The notes under the pieces: model-generated | The model's database searches: none | What the model was told of the DNA's origin: nothing | The model's input: the letters and a program-made list of their open reading frames with translations, nothing else | Position numbers and translations under genes: made by a program | Shown here: positions 30,554 through 40,598 of the stretch, one piece after another | Numbering within the stretch: position 1 is the first letter of the stretch | Layout of the letters: the number at the start of each line of letters is the position of its first letter | Assembly: GCA_965228875.1 (NCBI GenBank) | Contig: OZ245843.1 | Span: 3,082,616-3,146,615, forward strand | DNA from: Thalassobaculaceae bacterium | GTDB lineage: Bacteria; Pseudomonadota; Alphaproteobacteria; Thalassobaculales; Thalassobaculaceae | Reading direction: 5' to 3' | DNA length: 64,000 nucleotides

Positions 30554-32659
30554 TCAATCCATGATTTCTGCTTCAAGACCAATCTCGGCGACCCGTTTGT
30601 CAAACGACTTACGAGTAGCTTCTGTTTCTTCGGAAACGACCTGTTCGTGCTTCAACTGGCCGCCTTCCGAACCCCGACGCCGCTGTTTTGAGACCACCCC
30701 AGGGCTTTGCGTCACCGTATTTCTTGTTCTGGTTTTCGCGTTTGTCTTCGCACTTACGTCATCCGTAGCCGTTAAGCCAAGCCGGTCGTTCTCTTCCTTG
30801 ACAGCTTTCTTTTTACGGCTCCCGACTTGTTTCTTCTTCTCGAGCTCGCTCACCCTGTCACGGAAGAACTCACGAATTTTTGCCCTATGCTCGGCACTAT
30901 CTCGCTTGTATTTTCCGAGAATTCTCCGAGATTCTCTGCCAAGCATTCTGTGTTCACCCAACGTTAAACCGGCGGTATATTCTGGATTAGTCGATGGAAC
31001 GACAATTAGATCTCCGGTAACCCAGTCCTCCACGGTGATGTGGCTCAAGTCATTCGGATTAACCCGTACTTTCACGGTATTGGGTAGATCTGGACGATTG
31101 ACTAAACGACGGAGCGCTGGACTCTGCGTGCAGTAACGAATTTTTTCGAACTCGATTCCTTTTCGTGTCAGCTTCCTGTCAAAAACCAAGTTCAGCAACG
31201 CATCGAGTTGGTCTACCCGTGCTGGAATATTTACAGGGTAAGCAGCGACCCCTTCCTTCCATTTCACTACAGGCGGGCATCCAATTTCCTTGTGCGGATT
31301 TTGTGCGTAGTCGTCAACAATCCACTTGACAATCAGCAAATGCAAATCCTCAAGTGTTACCACCGCCTCTTTTGCGGATTTATAGAATCCTCTCTCCTTC
31401 GAGTTCGACATTGTCGTTCCTGGCAGAGTATGGATGAGACAAGTCGCCAGGGTGCGGAACCATCTCTCGATCTTTGCCTTGTAGTTTGGCATGTATACCG
31501 GACAGTACTGAATATCGATTCCCAGGGCTTGGCAGGCTTCTCGTAACGCCCGACTGTGATAGTCTCGCCCATTATCTACGACGATGGTCTCCGGTCGTCC
31601 GAAACAAGGCCATTCTTTTACTACGTCAGGATAATCGCGCTTTACCCAATCCTTAGTTTGGATAACGCTCTTCAAGCATTGCATGACGCTGTATGCGCCC
31701 GGTGGGATGAAGCTGACGTACACACCCACTACCATCCGCGAGTAACGGTCAACAGCCGACGTAATCCATGGCCTACCGAGCGGAACCTTTCGTTTAGTGT
31801 CAAGGACGATGATGTCGAGTTCTGTATGGTCAATCTCAATGACCTGCAGCGGATACTCGGCTTCTGGAGCGCGCAAGACAGGTTCGCATTGTCTTTTAGC
31901 TGCGATTGGTCCTTTCTGACTCTTGATGACAACCTCGTTGTCAAGCTTGCCGACCATTCTATAGACAGTCCGCAGACTCGGGGTCAGGAGTTGACCATCT
32001 TTACCAACGAAGCGCTGATCACGGCCTCTGGTGTCGAGTTCAGCAACTCGGCGCGAGATTTCGAGGTGGATGTTCTCCACACTTTCTTTCGTCGGCTTGA
32101 GCCTAAGTCTTTGAATGGTTTCGTCGACGATTTGAAATACGTCTGGGTCAAAGCGCTTGTTCGAATTGCCCCGCAGATGAAAGAGAGGCGCCAAGCACCG
32201 CACTTCGCGGACATTTGGTGAGCCGATGTTTCTCCACTCCCGAATCCAACGCTGCAACAGGTGTACTGAGGGAGGGTTCGAGTCATCCGCTTCGCTCGCG
32301 ACCTTCTGGATGAGCGGCTCCAATAATGCCCCGCTGTTACTTTTCACTTTGAGGTCCGCGAACGCCCGCATATACGGATACCGGCGTTCAATCTGTTGCC
32401 GCGTTGCTTCTGACAAGTACCGCAGGGGTTCCTGGAGGTGCTTCGTCTTGTTCGGCGGAAGGCGCTCTTCGGCGGTTGTGATTCGCTCTAGCTCGCCATT
32501 CGACCACAGCGTCGCCAGATGCCCGTCCGTCATCGTCACGAACCGACCGTCTTGTACATGCTCAAGATTGAGCTCTCCGGTCCGAGCGCGGCTACGAATT
32601 CGATAGGGGACGCCGGAAATCTCGATGAGTTCGTCGGGGCTCCAGTTGATTGCTCCCAT
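30554..32659 (-). CDS. tnsB: TnsB DDE transposase (Mu-like C-terminal domain)
   Basis: TPSLRTVYR HTH, EIDHT, VDRYSRMVVG, VDNG, KIERWF; GGAGG RBS before ATG 32659. Confidence 0.93.
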   Translation of the reverse strand: MGAINWSPDELIEISGVPYRIRSRARTGELNLEHVQDGRFVTMTDGHLATLWSNGELERITTAEERLPPNKTKHLQEPLRYLSEATRQQIERRYPYMRAFADLKVKSNSGALLEPLIQKVASEADDSNPPSVHLLQRWIREWRNIGSPNVREVRCLAPLFHLRGNSNKRFDPDVFQIVDETIQRLRLKPTKESVENIHLEISRRVAELDTRGRDQRFVGKDGQLLTPSLRTVYRMVGKLDNEVVIKSQKGPIAAKRQCEPVLRAPEAEYPLQVIEIDHTELDIIVLDTKRKVPLGRPWITSAVDRYSRMVVGVYVSFIPPGAYSVMQCLKSVIQTKDWVKRDYPDVVKEWPCFGRPETIVVDNGRDYHSRALREACQALGIDIQYCPVYMPNYKAKIERWFRTLATCLIHTLPGTTMSNSKERGFYKSAKEAVVTLEDLHLLIVKWIVDDYAQNPHKEIGCPPVVKWKEGVAAYPVNIPARVDQLDALLNLVFDRKLTRKGIEFEKIRYCTQSPALRRLVNRPDLPNTVKVRVNPNDLSHITVEDWVTGDLIVVPSTNPEYTAGLTLGEHRMLGRESRRILGKYKRDSAEHRAKIREFFRDRVSELEKKKQVGSRKKKAVKEENDRLGLTATDDVSAKTNAKTRTRNTVTQSPGVVSKQRRRGSEGGQLKHEQVVSEETEATRKSFDKRVAEIGLEAEIMD

Positions 32660-32660
32660 G

Positions 32661-33389
32661 TCAGCCTCCGACCTTGCTGTAGTCGAACACACCAACAATT
32701 CTGGTGTTCCCAGACAGTGGAGCCGCTCGCAGGTCGAGGTCGAACAGACCGAGGTTGGCCATGGCGAGAAGCTCGCGGCGGCGAGATGGACCGAATCCCA
32801 GAACTTCCTCGAGTTCGCCCAGTGTGTGGCACCGATGAACGTTGAAGGTCCGCGCGACAAGCATTTGCAGCTGGCTGCTCGGAGTGATATCGCGGGCCTT
32901 CAGCACGACCTTCGCGTTCGAGAGAAGCGGCTCCTGTCGGATGTCCTTCTCTGTCATCACCCGGAATCCGTAGCCGCGGGCCGCGTAGACCGCCTGGACC
33001 GCCTCAAACAAAACCTGGTACTTCGGCAAAGATGCCGTCGCCTGGAACTTGACCTCGATGAATTCGGTCCGCCGGTCGCGGTACTCGACCCTGATATCCG
33101 GGTAGTATCGACGAGTGCGACCATCGACTTCGTATTCGGTCACCTCTGGCTGCACCGCGTAGAACTCAACAGCGTTGTCGACCTCAAGAAGCCGCAAGCA
33201 GTCAAACTCAAGCTGGGATTCCCACGGCCATTGAGCTTTGGTCTTCGCGCTGCTGAAGTAGCCGACGACCCGATGCGGTGCCCGGGTAACAACCTTCCGG
33301 GCCCGAGGCGGGGTCACGGTCGCGTAGGCAGTATCGAGTCCGAACGCACGTCGGACGTCTGCGCGTTTCCGCGCGTGGCGATGGTTCAT
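32661..33389 (-). CDS. tnsA: TnsA endonuclease
   Basis: WESQLE, QP, YYPD, FIEVK PD-(D/E)xK motif, VMTEKDIR. Confidence 0.9.
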   Translation of the reverse strand: MNHRHARKRADVRRAFGLDTAYATVTPPRARKVVTRAPHRVVGYFSSAKTKAQWPWESQLEFDCLRLLEVDNAVEFYAVQPEVTEYEVDGRTRRYYPDIRVEYRDRRTEFIEVKFQATASLPKYQVLFEAVQAVYAARGYGFRVMTEKDIRQEPLLSNAKVVLKARDITPSSQLQMLVARTFNVHRCHTLGELEEVLGFGPSRRRELLAMANLGLFDLDLRAAPLSGNTRIVGVFDYSKVGG

Positions 33390-33846
33390 GGATATGTCTC
33401 CTGATGTAGCAGTTCACCTGGCCAGGCCACCGGGCCCGGGCGACTTCATGGGTGGACGGCTACGCTATTCGTTGGCCCCGGAGACCGAGGGCGAACGCGC
33501 CTGTTCGCGAGCGGGACGCGATAGCTGCATTCAGAGGATTGTCGATGCCAACGACAGCCCGCGGTCGTAGCGAGAGAACGCCAGCGTTAGCCAGCGGCAC
33601 GCTCACACGACTACCATTTTCAGTTGAGCAAAAGGTGCTGCCCGACGCAGCAACGGCTGGCGCCGAACATGAACCAGCGATGGGTCGCACGAGCGACGGT
33701 TGGACCGATTTCGACATGGGAAACTCCCAGGGCACGCAATCTGGAAGCCACGCTAAACTAACGCAGCTGGCTAAGCTTCAGTGGGGCTCAGCGTATGATG
33801 CCGTGGGAAAAAGCAGCAGCGGCCGGAAGGGACCGGACGCTTTGAA

Positions 33847-33865
33847 TGTCACAATTGCTGACTTC
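33847..33865 (+). repeat. Isolated copy of the TnsB-site-like motif upstream of tnsA
   Basis: TGTCACAATTGCTGACTTC vs TGCCACAATTGCTGAATTC at 29119 (2 mismatches). Confidence 0.55.
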
Positions 33866-34095
33866 GCGCTGCATGAGGATCGATCTACCAGGAGGCGAGG
33901 AGCCGGTCAAGCACTATCGATCGAGACCGCGGTCGAAAGCCGCCGAGATCGCACCACCGCTCGCCTGCAAACATCCGCCATTATGGAGCAACGTCCACCA
34001 GCAGTTCGTAGCTGACATGCGATCATTCGGTCGACAGCTTTAGCTTATGAACTGCCTGTCAGCAGCACACAGGATGATTGCTCCCCTTGCGTCAT

Positions 34096-34137
34096 GTCTA
34101 AATTTGGACCATATATCAATCCTGGTACAAATATGGA
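34096..34137 (+). promoter_or_regulatory. Putative TA operator/promoter
   Basis: Near-palindromes GTCTAAATTTGGAC and TACAAATATGGA just upstream of the antitoxin. Confidence 0.4.
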
Positions 34138-34144
34138 TAAAGCC

Positions 34145-34549
34145 ATGCCCACGCTGCCTCGTACCGCTCCAGCAAGGAGCCGCAAAGAGCTTTCTGGTCC
34201 GGCTCTGCGCACGTATTTCCGGATCGCTGATCTGTGGAAGCTGACACCTGACGATCAGATGACGTTGCTCGGTGTCACCACGCGGTCGACCTTCTACAAT
34301 TGGAAACGCGATACCGACACCACGCTCCCTAAAGACACCCTTGAACGCATCTCGTACATTGTCGGCATCTATAAGGCCCTTCAGATCCTGCTGCCGAAAG
34401 AAGAAGCTGCTGACGAATGGGTCAAGCGGCCGAATGCGAGTCCGCTCTTCGGCGGCGCATCCGCTCTATCACGCATGCTCTCGGGACAGGTCGCTGACCT
34501 GTTCGTCGTGCGCCAGTATCTCGACGCCCAGCGGGGCGGCTGGGCGTGA
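34145..34549 (+). CDS. Xre/MbcA/ParS-type antitoxin (start could be 34133)
   Basis: HTH LLGVTTRSTFYNW, ERISYIVGIYKALQIL, WVKRPN, VRQYLDAQRG. Confidence 0.9.
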   Translation: MPTLPRTAPARSRKELSGPALRTYFRIADLWKLTPDDQMTLLGVTTRSTFYNWKRDTDTTLPKDTLERISYIVGIYKALQILLPKEEAADEWVKRPNASPLFGGASALSRMLSGQVADLFVVRQYLDAQRGGWA

Positions 34550-35226
34550 CGCTGCCCGTCTCCCGCATCGAATGGAGGCCGTCCTGGCGCATCATCCCGA
34601 GCCGCTTCCCGCCAATCTCGCTGTTCGAGCGCGTCACCGAACCAGATGACCTAGAGGCGATCTTCGAACTGGAGGCGATGACCAATCCTCGCCTTCGTGA
34701 CGAGGTCGGAGACATCTCTATGGTGCCGCCAGAAGACCGGGTCAGCGGCCCGGGCTCCAGCATCATCATGGCGGCGTTTACACACCTGAATCCCGAAGGC
34801 AGCCGGTTCACAGATGGTACTTCCGGCGTCTTCTATGCCGCGGTTGATCTCGAAACGGCCATTGCAGAGACGAAGTACCATCGCGAGCGATTCATGCGCG
34901 CAACCGCCCAAGAGCGTCTGGAGCTCGACATGCGGGTCTACCTGGTCGACCTCGTAGGTGACCTGCACGACCTAAGAGGCCAGCGAGAGGCCTACCCTCT
35001 CGTTTATCACGACACCAATTATTCGGCCGCCCAGCATCTCGCGAGAGACCTCCGACAGAGCGGGGGCAATGGCATCGCGTATGACAGCGTGCGACGGAAA
35101 GGCGGCGAATGCGCTGCGGTGTTCCGCCCCCCTCTACTCGTGAACCCGCGACAGGAGAAGCATCTCTGCTATGTCTGGGACGGCGAAGCGATCTCGAATG
35201 TCTATGAGAAACGTGAAATCAGATGA
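34546..35226 (+). CDS. RES domain toxin (MbcT/ParT-like NAD+-consuming)
   Basis: RIIPSRFPPI, GSRF, VFYAA, TAIAET, YDSVR; GTGA coupling. Confidence 0.92.
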   Translation: MTLPVSRIEWRPSWRIIPSRFPPISLFERVTEPDDLEAIFELEAMTNPRLRDEVGDISMVPPEDRVSGPGSSIIMAAFTHLNPEGSRFTDGTSGVFYAAVDLETAIAETKYHRERFMRATAQERLELDMRVYLVDLVGDLHDLRGQREAYPLVYHDTNYSAAQHLARDLRQSGGNGIAYDSVRRKGGECAAVFRPPLLVNPRQEKHLCYVWDGEAISNVYEKREIR

Positions 35227-35566
35227 TTCGCGATTAGAAAGAATTCCGGCTCGTAAAGACAACGTCGAGCGGGGCGGGCAGCAGAAATTAGGAAATGATC
35301 GTAAATCAATTATCTTTTTCGGACACAATAAACTCGAACGGAATCCGTTGATTCTTATCCAGGATGTTAATTCTGAGTAATTCTATAGTAAATACTCGAA
35401 ATATATATTATTATTTAACATCTCAGTGTACGTTGGCACAAACATCGACTGAACTGGTTTGCAGCTGCGTGATTCGCCGAGCCCACCATTACGACGCTCC
35501 CGTCGATCTGCTTCAGATCCGGCCGCAGAAGCGGCTCTCCATTAGCGGGGCCCTCGTCACGATTTC

Positions 35567-36541
35567 TCATGACAATCGGGATAGGAATATCCGCTCGAGA
35601 TGATATCCCGCCCTGGGGACGGTTTCGCGGTCCAAGAAAGCCTCCAAAGCCGGGAGCAATAGTCTCTGAAGAGGCACAGATCTCCCGGGTTCGCAGACCC
35701 ATTGAGCCAAGAGGCGCAGCCGGGTCGCGCGCCAGTAGGGCACCGAAGCTCGCTCGCACAGAGCATCGAGATATCGGTGAAAGGAGACTGGCCAATCCGT
35801 GCAAGCCTCGATGCCGATCTGCAGGTACCGGTGCGGCGCGACGCCTCGCCTCGACAGCAAGACCGGCGCAAAGCGCTGACGGACTCCCGAGCCAAACCAG
35901 CCGAGGTGCAGCAACAGAGATAGGGCGTCTGAGAAGGACAGCTTCGAGAGAGGCCAGGTTTTCGGGACGGGGAAGCCATCGAGATGGAGCTTCCCGTGAA
36001 CGAACGACAAGCCACTGAGCTCTGCCGTCGGCACCGGTTCCGCGCCCATCTTACGGATGTCGGCCCCGCATGCGCACCGGACGATGGACGAGGTTTGCCA
36101 CCCAAAGTGACGACCACACTCCTGGCAACAATCAATCAGGCGGACTTCGTGGCGAGGACACGCCGAAACCAGCCGGAGGTCCCAGACGGCCCGGTGATAT
36201 GGCTCCTCGGCTAAGCACTCCGGACAGACCTTCCGGCGCTTGAGCGAGACCAGCCGGTGGTCGACGGTTGCGCTTAGGAAGCGAACCTTGGGGCCGCGAC
36301 CGATCGGCCAGTAGGTCATATGAAGCAGCGCCGTTGTCTCGACGCCGATGGCTTCTGACATCGGTTCCAGATCAAAGGGACTGAACGCCATCGCCTGCGG
36401 GGTCGTGAACGGGTTGCCGATCGAACTGGCGAGCAGTTGGGGCTTGTCGACACCGTTTCGCTCAGCGAGCCGGATCATGAAACCGGTGAGAGACTCTCCT
36501 GGAACAGGCATGTTCCGCAGAGGAAGTCGCCCAACCGACAT
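35567..36541 (-). CDS. tniQ: TniQ family protein (copy 2)
   Basis: PVPGESLTGFMIRLAERN, KVCPECL, W...CPRHEVRLIDCCQEC, CACG. Confidence 0.88.
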   Translation of the reverse strand: MSVGRLPLRNMPVPGESLTGFMIRLAERNGVDKPQLLASSIGNPFTTPQAMAFSPFDLEPMSEAIGVETTALLHMTYWPIGRGPKVRFLSATVDHRLVSLKRRKVCPECLAEEPYHRAVWDLRLVSACPRHEVRLIDCCQECGRHFGWQTSSIVRCACGADIRKMGAEPVPTAELSGLSFVHGKLHLDGFPVPKTWPLSKLSFSDALSLLLHLGWFGSGVRQRFAPVLLSRRGVAPHRYLQIGIEACTDWPVSFHRYLDALCERASVPYWRATRLRLLAQWVCEPGRSVPLQRLLLPALEAFLDRETVPRAGYHLERIFLSRLS

Positions 36542-36796
36542 CAGATGCCCCCCTCGATTACGATCTCAACTTCAGTACGCCCCGTCTTCGAAACAGCATG
36601 CTGGCGGTGACGGTTGGACCCTCTGATCACCTGAAACCGCGGTTGACGATCATAATTCGGGCTCGGACCTGATTGGTAAATAATTTTAGTTAACAGAGTC
36701 GCTTTCGGCGCCGAGTTCTGGGTTGAAACTGCTCAAACCACATCGCTTCAGGGCGAGGAGACTACGAGGCATCTCTAGATTAATGACGGGATTCGA

Positions 36797-37624
36797 TTAA
36801 CACCGACGGATGCGGCTACGCTTCCCACAAGCGCTTTGGCACATTGGCTCTTCCAAATCGTTCAGCAAGCCAACGCGAGATATCTCCATCATAATCTTGT
36901 CGATATAGCGGAGGTGTACTGGTTCTAGCCTACCATACCTCTGTTTTGTCAGATCACAAACCGCCTCGTTGATTCGTAAACTGTCGGGCACACTCGGAAC
37001 GGATCTATCGGACCATTTCAAATCGAAGCCTAGGGCGCGCGCAGTCCTGACCACGTGGCGGTCGGGCTTACAGGCCAATCCAAAATCCGTCAGCGCATGA
37101 AGAATGGTTATGTGCCCCCAATAAAGCCCCATTTCATTGCGAAGCTTCTTCACGATACACCGCAATGGTTGGCCGTAGAGATCTGAAAATGGATATGCGC
37201 TGAAGGCGACGACGCGCTCTCGTAACGCCGCCGCTGCACCTTGAATGGCATACAGCCTATACATTGCTACGTTGGATCTTTCCCGAATCTGGAATACTCG
37301 ATCCCCAGAGAATGTAAAAGCGTCGTTTACTATTCCAAGTTCTCGACAGTGCTCTATGTTAAAATCGTCTTTTTTCACTCCAATATAGACCCACGCACCA
37401 CGCATCGAGGGAGCGATTTCTTTCTCAGTACGGGTGCCATTTTCCTCCCTTTGGTTTGCATACAGAGGTTTATTCCAAAGCACTCGCCAACAATCGTCCG
37501 GGCCTGCTCTCCGGGGGTCTACAACAGCTTCAGCAAGTTCTTTTGCGCGCTCAACCGATTGCGGATACTCAGTTCTCAGAAGCTCCTCGTAGTTTGAGAA
37601 GCGCTCTAAAACGCTGGGATCCAT
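36797..37624 (-). CDS. Hypothetical protein with HhH-glycosylase-like C-terminal motif
   Basis: WGHITILHALTDFGLACKPDRHVVR resembles HhH plus conserved Asp. Confidence 0.5.
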   Translation of the reverse strand: MDPSVLERFSNYEELLRTEYPQSVERAKELAEAVVDPRRAGPDDCWRVLWNKPLYANQREENGTRTEKEIAPSMRGAWVYIGVKKDDFNIEHCRELGIVNDAFTFSGDRVFQIRERSNVAMYRLYAIQGAAAALRERVVAFSAYPFSDLYGQPLRCIVKKLRNEMGLYWGHITILHALTDFGLACKPDRHVVRTARALGFDLKWSDRSVPSVPDSLRINEAVCDLTKQRYGRLEPVHLRYIDKIMMEISRVGLLNDLEEPMCQSACGKRSRIRRC

Positions 37625-37907
37625 AGAGAAGCTCCCGAGTGTGTAACGGCCCCTTCCGTCTCATTTCCGGTCATTAAGCTGGGCCGGTCAACTGAGATGG
37701 CGGCTAGCTCATCAATTTTGATTGACAGCAACGACGATGTTCTCTATTCGTTCTGACACTATGCAGCAGACCTGTCCCCCTCTTACCCCCGTATCTGGCC
37801 TCCTAGCCAGAGCAGGCGGAGTCCGCTGCTCGATACGCTGATCCCATCCTGAGCCGCCGCTTTCCAAGCGCGTGATCCGGGCATGAAATGCCCGCCAGGA
37901 GGTCAGC

Positions 37908-38585
37908 ATGATGTCCTCGACAGACAGGCGAACGACGCCACCCGCATACTCGAACACCGCCGACACAGATCCGCTCGTAAAGCGCGCTATGAACGAGGCA
38001 CGCGAGTTCGGAGCCGGTAGTCCAGCCACCGTTCGCTGCCAGGGGACGCCACTGTTCCGCAGCGGTCTCGTGCGTGATCTGAGTTGTTTGCTCGAAGTGG
38101 ATCCGGGCGTCGAGACCTGGGAGTGCTTACCCTTCGCCATCATGCTGGAGAGCACTTCCGGCGAGCGGCGGCGCCACGTCCCTGACTTCCGGGTGTTGCG
38201 ATCCGACGGGTCCACAATGCTGATTGACGCTCTCCCGGCGGCTGGCTTCAAGAACCGTATGGCCGGTCTTCAGGCCATCGACCTAGCAGACCAGCGATAT
38301 GAGCAGGTGCCGGAACACAGCATCCGCATCGAGCCCCGATTGTCCAACGCCAAGGAACTCCTCCGCTACGCCGGAGTTCAAGTCTCTCTGAGCGACCGCG
38401 TCCGGTTCCTAGCCATGCTCGACGAGTATGGTCCCACACCGATTTCCGAGTGCCTGCGAGGCAGCCGCAGCGCAATAGATCCGATCACCATGATCGCGGT
38501 CCTGACGCTGCGGCGCTTCATAGACATGGACCTCGACGAGGCTCCGATCGGCCCAGAGACGGTCATCCGGCGCCTCCACGACTGA
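37908..38585 (+). CDS. Degenerate TnsA-like protein
   Basis: LLEVDPGV, HVPDF, IRIEPRLSNAK, IDMDLDEAPIGPET align with tnsA; ExK replaced by DAL. Confidence 0.7.
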   Translation: MMSSTDRRTTPPAYSNTADTDPLVKRAMNEAREFGAGSPATVRCQGTPLFRSGLVRDLSCLLEVDPGVETWECLPFAIMLESTSGERRRHVPDFRVLRSDGSTMLIDALPAAGFKNRMAGLQAIDLADQRYEQVPEHSIRIEPRLSNAKELLRYAGVQVSLSDRVRFLAMLDEYGPTPISECLRGSRSAIDPITMIAVLTLRRFIDMDLDEAPIGPETVIRRLHD

Positions 38586-38650
38586 TTTGCTACATCGAGA
38601 GAAGACATCTCCGCCGCGCACCACGCGCCTGGCGAACGGGAGATAATGCC

Positions 38651-38992
38651 ATGATCACGTCGAATAGAGCCCTTAGCGGACCCGGTAGCATCGAGTTCAA
38701 GATTGAGGTTCTTGAGCGGCTGCTGATTGACCTGAAGCGCATCCGCGATGGCCAAAGACCGACCGCGGACGAACTGGCTGAGGCGCCCATCATCCATGGC
38801 TACGAGATCGAGCACCGGCTGGCTCCAGCCCTTCGAGGATTGATCTTCGACCACCCACTTTTGGGCACGACGATCGGTACAACATCCGACCTGTGGTTCA
38901 TCGCACCAGACAAGCGCTGGGTCCGAACTCTCTCCCGCTTCTATCGCCTCGGCGACGAGAAGCATTCAGGAGGAGACGACCATGTCCACTGA
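38651..38992 (+). CDS. DUF6634-like protein
   Basis: PTADELAEAP, LRGLIFDHPLLG, TSDLW, WVRTLSRFYRLG. Confidence 0.75.
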   Translation: MITSNRALSGPGSIEFKIEVLERLLIDLKRIRDGQRPTADELAEAPIIHGYEIEHRLAPALRGLIFDHPLLGTTIGTTSDLWFIAPDKRWVRTLSRFYRLGDEKHSGGDDHVH

Positions 38993-40535
38993 AGCCGTCA
39001 ACCGGAAGCACGACGATACTGAATTCCAGCGCCGGTATCGGGCCGCAGTGGATGGTCAGCACTTCCCGAGCTATCCAGAACTCCTCCAGGGCATGCCGTT
39101 CTTCGGCAACACGCTACGGCAAGATATCGACGAGTTCGTTCGGCGGGCGCTCGCCTCTCTCATCGGGGGCGAAACGACCTCATCGCTGCGCGACAAGCTT
39201 GATGCCCTGATCTGTCGCCCGTCCCTGGATGCCATCAAGGGTGCAGCTGACGAATGTCGATCCAAGGTCGTCTTACTAGGCGCCGATTGCGAAGAATGGA
39301 CTTCGCGTTTGCAACTCTACGCCGCCGCTCTGGGATGCAACGAAAGCTCTGTTCAAACCGCACTCGACGCGATCTGCCTTTCAAATTCTCGAGGCCTTGG
39401 AGAACGCGGCTCTCCAGGAAAACTAATTCGCCAGGCATTAGGTTGGATCGCCACGGTCGAAGAACACTTCGATAGCGCTGAGGAACGGGCAATCGCGGTC
39501 AGCACCGAGGGTGCAACATTGGCTATCAGGATGGTCGAAGACAGTGCCGCCGGTAGCCTCGCTCCTCCCGACGATGCCGCTACGGGACCTAGCGCACCGC
39601 GGCTGCGGTTGCCCCGTAATGCTACACCGCAGCAAGAGTTGGATCACTCGGCAGAGCAGTCAGGGCGCAACGTGGATCGTGTCGTCGTGATCACCGGCGT
39701 TGGTAACCGGCAGACCCAGGACGGCAAACGGGCGGCACTCGAATGGCGATCGCTGATCGACCAACCACTGCCTCTCGTCCCCACCCGCGATCTCGTCGGT
39801 GTTCGCAGCGCTTTGCTAGCGGAGTTCCCGTTCGCCGCCGCGGTGATCGATAAGCTGCTGAGCGATCTCTCGGGGCGAGCCTGCGTCGTGCTCAGACCCA
39901 CAATTCTCACTGGGGAGCCAGGGATCGGGAAGAATCGCTTTGCCGAATCTCTGCTTCGAGAGCTCGGTGTTCCATCCTGGACCTATCCGTGCGGCGGCGT
40001 ATCAGACTCGTCTTTGGCCGGGACGTCTCGCAGGTGGTCATCGGGAGAGCCCTCTCTCATCACCAGCTTGATCCGTCAGCACACCTGCGCATCACCGGGC
40101 GTCATCCTAGATGAGATCGAGAAGGTCGGCTCGAGCAAGAATGGAGGCAATCTTCTCGATGCGCTGCTCGCTATGTTGGAGCCGCAGACTGCTAGGGCCT
40201 GGGTAGACCCCTATCTCCAGGCGCCGGTCGACTTGTCTCACGTAATCTGGTTCGGAACCGCGAACGACGTATCCGAACTACCGGCTCCCCTGCGAGACCG
40301 ATTCCGAATCCTCCGGTTCCCGCAGCCGGGCCCGGAGCATCTACAGGCCCTCGCAAGTAGTCTGTTGGCAATGGCGATCCGCGACCAGGGTCATGATCCC
40401 CGCTGGGCGACGCCGTTGACGGCCGAAGAGCTCGAATGCCTGGGACGAGCATGGACCGGCGGCTCTCTCAGACGTCTGAAACGGCTGATTGAAGGGGTGC
40501 TCGCGGTGCGGGATCACGATTTCACCCTGCAATAG
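38982..40535 (+). CDS. Lon-type AAA+ ATPase lacking a protease domain
   Basis: GEPGIGKN, ILDEIEK, DPYLQAPVDLSHV, TAND, PLRDR. Confidence 0.82.
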   Translation: MSTEAVNRKHDDTEFQRRYRAAVDGQHFPSYPELLQGMPFFGNTLRQDIDEFVRRALASLIGGETTSSLRDKLDALICRPSLDAIKGAADECRSKVVLLGADCEEWTSRLQLYAAALGCNESSVQTALDAICLSNSRGLGERGSPGKLIRQALGWIATVEEHFDSAEERAIAVSTEGATLAIRMVEDSAAGSLAPPDDAATGPSAPRLRLPRNATPQQELDHSAEQSGRNVDRVVVITGVGNRQTQDGKRAALEWRSLIDQPLPLVPTRDLVGVRSALLAEFPFAAAVIDKLLSDLSGRACVVLRPTILTGEPGIGKNRFAESLLRELGVPSWTYPCGGVSDSSLAGTSRRWSSGEPSLITSLIRQHTCASPGVILDEIEKVGSSKNGGNLLDALLAMLEPQTARAWVDPYLQAPVDLSHVIWFGTANDVSELPAPLRDRFRILRFPQPGPEHLQALASSLLAMAIRDQGHDPRWATPLTAEELECLGRAWTGGSLRRLKRLIEGVLAVRDHDFTLQ

Positions 40536-40598
40536 ACAGGCTGCGACGAACAGATCGCTGGGCAACCTGAATGCGTAGCACGCCACTGACGTGCTTTA

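Noticed and set aside
33452..34015. 187-aa ORF upstream of tnsA
   Set aside because: No family motif and low-information composition; not supported as a gene
35425..35449. Inverted TGTTTGTGCCAACG as the second transposon end
   Set aside because: TGT-to-TGCC spacing differs from the 27848 end, no further repeats are adjacent, and the flank (TCGAC) does not match the expected AGTGA duplication
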